Part shown: positions 11,770 through 23,150 of the stretch, in pieces
Numbering within the stretch: the stretch's first letter is position 1
How the letters are laid out: every line of letters begins with the position of its first letter
Assembly: GCA_033442325.1 (NCBI GenBank)
Contig: JAWQFM010000003.1
Coordinates: 1,244,139-1,267,288, forward strand
DNA length: 23,150 nucleotides
DNA from: Salpingoeca rosetta
Taxonomy: Eukaryota > Protista > Choanoflagellata
Direction of reading: 5' to 3'
The notes under the pieces: generated by a model
Told to the model about the DNA's origin: nothing
Seen by the model: only the letters and a program-made list of their open reading frames with translations
The model's database searches: none
Translations under genes and position numbers: made by a program

Positions 11770-12317
11770 CAACACGCACCACACACACACAGACACACAC
11801 ACACACGCACGCAAATCATCATCGTGTACATTGCTGACTGTCTGAATTGTGTCCATAAACACTTCAGCAGAGTTGACTGGTGTATTTGGCGCGACCATAT
11901 GAACAAAGCGAGAGGGGGAATGAAATTGGTGGAGGTCATGTCACGTAAGGAACCAAGACGGCTGTCAAGGCAAGGGCAGGGCGTGTGTGGGCAACAACGG
12001 CAAGAAGGTTGGGGTCTGCTGCATGCAAGCATGGTAACAACAGGCGAAAGGGAAGTCGGGGAAGAGGGGAACATCAAGCAGGTGGAACGCAAAACCCATG
12101 AGCGCAGACAGCACGTCAGGTATGGACGAAAATTGCGGCGGTGGCACACCAAGCAAAACAAAACAAGAAACAAACCCCCCCCCCCCCACGTGAAGGTGGG
12201 GCGATCAACGTGAGCCAGCATGGCAGCCAACACGAAAGCCAACGGTGCGAGGAGCAGACAGAGTCATTCGCTTATGAGCAACAGGAGCAGGAGCAGGAGG
12301 TGGTGGCACGTTGGTGC

Positions 12318-13555
12318 TCATGGCTTGGCCAGGTGCATGTCCTGCTTCTTCAGCTTGTCCAGGTCCACGTTGCAGACGAGCGACACAAACTGGTTGAAGG
12401 TGTTGAGTTCCGTGTCGGTGCTGTAACCGGTCACGCTGACGAACCCGAGCGCACCGTCCAGCGCCCCCGTGCCGCCAACGACAAAGGCGGAGTACGCGAA
12501 GGTGTAGTCGTCCTTGCCGACAACGACGTATTGCTTGCGGCCAACGTTGCCACGCGAGTCAAAGTAGCTGCCAGCAAGCGGTTGAATGCACGCGTGGGTG
12601 TGCGGTCATGGGTGAGTCTGGATCAGGACAGTTCTGAGCACATAGCACCGCCGCTGCCGGCACGGCTCCACAGCACAACCAAGTAAACGCTTCACAAACA
12701 GCTGCACATCAACAGTGGGCTGGGGACTTACATGGTGTGGTCGCGGGAGGTTCCCGTGCCTACAAGTCGGGCAGCAGGATAGCGGGGGCGGAGGGCGCGA
12801 CAAAGGCGCACATGACAGCAGCAGCAGGTGTGTGAGTCGTGTAGCATCAGATATGCTTGTTTAGGATGGAGAGAAGTGGAGGCAGATTCACAAGAAGCGG
12901 CAGTCCCGCCCGTGCAAGAGTGCAGAGAAGGAAATCGGGGTGCGTACCGAACGTGATGTTGCCATACGCAGAGAAGGTGTTGTCGTCGGAAAACTTCATG
13001 GTGGTCTGCATCAGGGCGTCTGTCATCAATCAATGGGGGTTACACAAGAATAGCACGGCATGTGCACACATGAGTGTGTTGATGGTGAGCGGAGGTTACG
13101 GAGAGAGTGCAAAGGCGAAAGTGGCTCGGTAGGTGCGTAAGCAGGCGCAGCCACAAGGCGCGGCAACAAAGAACATCGTCCATGTGCACACGCTCACACG
13201 TGCATGAATGTGCACATCCACGCGTGCATGGGCAAGCATGCACACTCGCACACGCATGCATGTAACTCATATACATTCACGCACATTCGCGCACATTCAC
13301 GCACGCACAAATGCAGCCGTACGTACATGAGCCGATGAGCTCGTTGTTGGTGAATTCGACGGCGTCATCCGAGTCGAAGCGGGTGGTGAGGCTCTGCGAG
13401 TTGGCTTTGGCGACGCAGGTCTTGCCGTCGGCGTGGCAGTTGCCGTCCATCTGCACGGTAAACTCGTTGGTTGTTGCAGGCTTCTGCCAAGCCATGGCTG
13501 GTGCAACAGCACCAACGAGGGCCACAAGGGCCAGCACAAGAGAGAACCGCATCAT
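12318..13555 (-). CDS. Secreted 192-aa protein, dirigent/allene oxide cyclase-like beta-barrel (uncharacterised)
   Basis: Exons 13555-13327, 13019-12948, 12759-12732 and 12567-12318 join in frame through GT-AG introns: MMRFSLVLALVALVGAVAPAMAWQKPATTNEFTVQMDGNCHADGKTCVAKANSQSLTTRFDSDDAVEFTNNELIGSYALMQTTMKFSDDNTFSAYGNITFGTGTSRDHTIYFDSRGNVGRKQYVVVGKDDYTFAYSAFVVGGTGALDGALGFVSVTGYSTDTELNTFNQFVSLVCNVDLDKLKKQDMHLAKP*. Signal peptide and VVGGTGxxxGAxG motif. The gene model is more certain than the fold call. Confidence 0.8.
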
Positions 13556-14053
13556 GATGCGTTGTTAGACGTATGTATATGTGTGACTTCGAGCAGTCTG
13601 TATCCGATGTTCCTTGCTTCACTTGTCTCGGCTGCTTGGTTTGCTTTGCTTTGGCGTGTGCTTGTCTTGGCTGTTCGCTTGCTTGCTTGCTTGTGATGTG
13701 CTTTGGCGATATCCGCGATTGACAGGAGGAGATGTAAATGCAACAGTCCGAGGTGTTTGCTCGAAGGACAACGAACGATGCAACACAGCAAAGAAGCAAG
13801 ACACAGCCGCAGGAAGGACGCAATTCAAGAGTGATGGCTTTTGCTTCTGGTTTGTTTGGGTTTGAATTTCACCCAGTATCTTTTGCTGATTTTCTATGAT
13901 GACATCAAAATGCGTCTTTTCATGTATTTTGCTCATGCACTTGAATCCAGGAGCGCGCCAACCCACAGCAGCACGTTGTTCGAAAGCACCACAACTGCTC
14001 ACGAGAGTGTCCGAGCAAGCGACCGGAAGGCAAGTAAGCAGAGGAGCAGAGCC
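13556..14053. promoter_or_regulatory. Divergent promoter region between the secreted barrel gene and importin-9
   Basis: About 500 bp between head-to-head ATGs, relatively AT-rich and free of long dinucleotide tracts. Confidence 0.5.
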
Positions 14054-19950
<5,897 letters not shown>

Positions 19951-20170
19951 CACGATGAAGGACATTGCGTGTTGTGTTGCTCGAGTAGTGGCGGTGCAGA
20001 CGAAGGGTGTTTCGCGAATACACACACACACACACATTGACATGATCACATGTATGCAATGGAACACAGACGGATGAAGCAATGACGACGGTGTCAGGGA
20101 CGACACGCAGACAGAGAAAGAGAGAGGGGGACACCCACACACCCACACCCACACCCACACACCCACCCAC

Positions 20171-20252
<82 letters not shown>

Positions 20253-20283
20253 GTTGTGACGATTTACTGTTGGGTTCGAGGCA

Positions 20284-20521
20284 ATGACGGAGGACAAGAA
20301 GCACGATGCTGGCGATGCTGCTGGCCATGTGCTGGTGACGCCGGGCACGAGACTGGCACCCCAAAGCACACACGTAGCAGGAGAAGGTGCGTTTGTGCCT
20401 GAGTGGCAATAAGATTACGTGATTGTTTGTGCTGCAAAGTCTGCGTGCGCGCGTGCGTGCGTGTGTGTGTGTGCGTGTCTATGTGTGTGTGTGCGTGTCT
20501 ATGTGTGTGTGTGTGCGTCTG

Positions 20522-20595
<74 letters not shown>

Positions 20596-21976
20596 CCTCT
20601 CTCTCCCTCTCTGTCCCTGTCTCTCTGTGTCTCCTTGCCTTGATTCTTTTTGTGCTCGTGATTGAGCAACGATTCATGTGACTGGTTGGCGCAGGGACGT
20701 ACTTGCGGGACGGATACATCTACGCATCACTGGTAGGACAGCGGGTGGAGACAAAGAAGCCTGAGGACAGCAAAGACACAAAGGTCTGTGGAACGATGGC
20801 CGCTGCTTCACTGTCTTTGTCTGAGGCTCGTTTGGCCCAGGTTCCAGCACGTTGTGCCAGCTTGTCGCATGTTGAGTGACGGATGACTTACAGCTTGCTT
20901 TTCCTGTGACTTGAAACTTGCTGTTGCTGTGCTTGGATTATGTCTTTGCTGCTGAACAGCCGGTCATCTCAATCCATCGACCAGGCCAAATTGCTTCCCT
21001 CGTGCCGACTGTGGGCACCGTCGTCACATGCAAGGTGGTTGTGAGAGTGAGTGTGTGTGTGAGACAGAGAGTGTGTATGTGTGTGTATGTGTGTGTGTGT
21101 GTGTGTGTGCATGCGTATGTTTGCACTCGGGAAAGCAGCCACCCTTAGCTCTTGCATGAGATAACGAGGACGCTAAGCGGCAGGATTGGAGTGCGCATGC
21201 ATGCAAGTGTGCGTGTTGTTGTCGTTGTTGTTGGCTTCACTCATGCTGTCCTTCCGTTTCACACACCAATATGACGCAGGTCATATCCATGAATCCTCGC
21301 TTTGCAAAGACAAAGATCCTGTGTGTGGGCGCAGTACCACTGCAACAATCGTTTTCAGGCATCATCCGGTGTGTGTGTGCGCGTGTTTGTGAACTTGCAT
21401 CAAAGATGTGTGTGCTTCTGCACCACGACTGCAGCCCCGGTGTCGTTGTGGCACTTGCAGCATTCACTTACGCAGCCAANNNNNNNNNNNNNNNNNNNNN
21501 NNNNNNNNNNNNNNNNNNNNNNNNNNNNNNNNNNNNNNNNNNNNNNNNNNNNNNNNNNNNNNNNNNNNNNNNNNNNNNNGTGTGTGTGCATGTGTGCATT
21601 TCGTTTCCCCATTTCATGCCAACCCATCGTGTGAATTGCAGGTGTGTTGATGAAACCTGTTGGGTTGATGGAGATGGAATGCCCAAAGACAAAGGCGAGG
21701 GTAAGTCTAATCGCTGCTGTGCGCCAATGCGTGCTGGGTGCTGTGTGTGCATGTGTTGATGCTCGTGTCAGTTTGTGTCTGGCATGCTTCGTATGTGCGT
21801 GTTGTACACGTTTGCGCGTGCGCAGCGCCTCTTGTGTGCATTTCTGCACGTCAGCTGACATGTGTGACGACCACGCTGGGTCACAGGAGCAGCGAAAGGT
21901 CGCGCTGATTGCGGAAGAGGACACGGCGGAAGAAGACAGCGATCGAGCCATGGATACCAGCACCACCACGTCGTAA
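20284..21976 (+). CDS. EXOSC1: RNA exosome cap subunit CSL4 (middle exon or exons fall in the gap)
   Basis: Exons 20284-20386 (MTEDKK...VLVTPGTRL...AGE), 20695-20783 (GTYLRDGYIYASLVG), 20960-21034 (LVPTVGTVVTCK), 21280-21368 (VISMNPRFAKTKILCVG...FSGIIR), 21642-21700 (MKPVGLMEMECPKT), 21886-21976 (EQRKVA...*). Confidence 0.9.
21480..21579. other. Assembly gap (100 N, probably a placeholder length)
   Basis: N run located where the central S1-domain exon(s) of CSL4 are expected. Confidence 0.99.
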
Positions 21977-22379
21977 ACAGTCGTGTTGGTGGTCAATGCA
22001 CGTGCTCTTGTTGAACATTAAAGCTACAACCAAGCCACAGTTTATGATCTGATGCACCGAAACGTATGAATGCAACCGCACAGACACCCTCGCCCCCCTC
22101 TCATCGTGCAATTGCTTGTCCACGAACAACCAAGCACACCCGAAACTAGAATGGCCAAACAAAAGCCACCAGCACCACCATCAACAGCAGCAGCAGCAGC
22201 GGCAGCAACAACCACAAAGAACATTATGAGAATGAAAGCTACAAAGGCGAAACAGCAGCGCTCAAAGAAGCATGCGACTGCAAGTGTGTGAGCGAGTGCG
22301 AGTGCGAGTCTGCATGTGCGCGAGAGGCAGAGACAGACGTGCGTGCGAATGCGCGAGTGCGTGCGCGTGCGTACGCGTG

Positions 22380-22614
22380 CTAGAGTTTGTCGGCAGCGGC
22401 AGCGGCGATCTGCTTGATGTCGCGGAACGCGCGGGGTTTGTGGTGCTGCGAATACTTGAGTCCAAGCAGATCAGCAACCTGATCGCGTTGGCCCAAGAGG
22501 ATGTTGGGAGGGGGGGGGGGGCAACAACAGGAGTGTGCATTGTGTTGGCATGTGGGCATGTGAGCAAGGGTTAATTGATTTCAGGCAATAATGCCACGAA
22601 ACAACAGAACACGG

Positions 22615-22706
<92 letters not shown>

Positions 22707-22966
22707 ACACCCCAGCGACGACCATCATCACGGCCACGATGGGGCACCACCACCGCCACCGCCACCACCACCAACGACGACGACAGCAGTCGCAACAGCA
22801 GCAGCAGCAGCGCACCTCGTCAAGCGCCTGCAGCGCCTGGTCGAGCTGCTCGCGCGTGTGCGACGCAGAAATACAGAAGCGGACGCGGGACTCGACAATC
22901 GGGGTGGCCGGGTAGCCGACGACGACAACAGCAATGCCGCGCTTCTTCATCTCCCGTGATGTCGCA
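22380..22966 (-). CDS. SPTLC2: Serine palmitoyltransferase long chain base subunit 2, last two exons (gene continues beyond the window)
   Basis: Exon 22966-22816 [50 protein letters not shown] and exon 22478-22380 [32 protein letters not shown], matching the LCB2 C-terminus. Confidence 0.92.
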
Positions 22967-23150
22967 CTGGTGGCGGGCAGTGGTGATGTTTATTAGTTGT
23001 TGGTTGTTGGTTGTTGGTTGTTGTTGTTGTTGTTGTTGTTGGTGTTGTTGTTGTTGGTGGTGGTGGTGGTGGAAGTGAGAGCAAGCAGTGGGCAGAGCGG
23101 CAACGAAAGTGCCGTCTGTGTAAGGTCGACAGAACAGGCCGTTGTTGATG

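Noticed and set aside
12141-12686. 181-aa plus-strand ORF
   Set aside because: Antisense to the last exon of the secreted barrel gene, which has the splice signals and the motif.
21369-21641. Apparent loss of the central CSL4 S1-domain segment
   Set aside because: It coincides with a marked N gap, so absence cannot be inferred.

Overview
Compact, intron-rich eukaryotic DNA with (TG)n/(CA)n microsatellites in most introns and two assembly gaps. The style strongly suggests a choanoflagellate such as Salpingoeca rosetta (inference). From left to right: a short LTR-like element and a decayed Ty1/copia pol remnant; an aldo-keto reductase (+); a large type I membrane mucin-like protein (-) with Cys-rich repeats, a SEA-like domain, a cytoplasmic YDxA tyrosine array, a YxxM motif and a C-terminal PDZ ligand (-SDV); DAW1/ODA16 (+); a 192-aa secreted dirigent/allene-oxide-cyclase-like beta-barrel protein (-) that only appears after manual splicing of 4 exons; importin-9 (+); exosome subunit CSL4/EXOSC1 (+); and the 3' end of serine palmitoyltransferase LCB2 (-). 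The three most interesting observations are the kinase-less phosphotyrosine/PDZ mucin receptor, the secreted AOC/dirigent-like protein, and a recurring 5'-(UG)n...(CA)n-3' polarity inside introns, often with weak polypyrimidine tracts, which may indicate RNA-structure-assisted splicing. All exon models were assembled by eye and all family calls are from motif recall; no searches were run.
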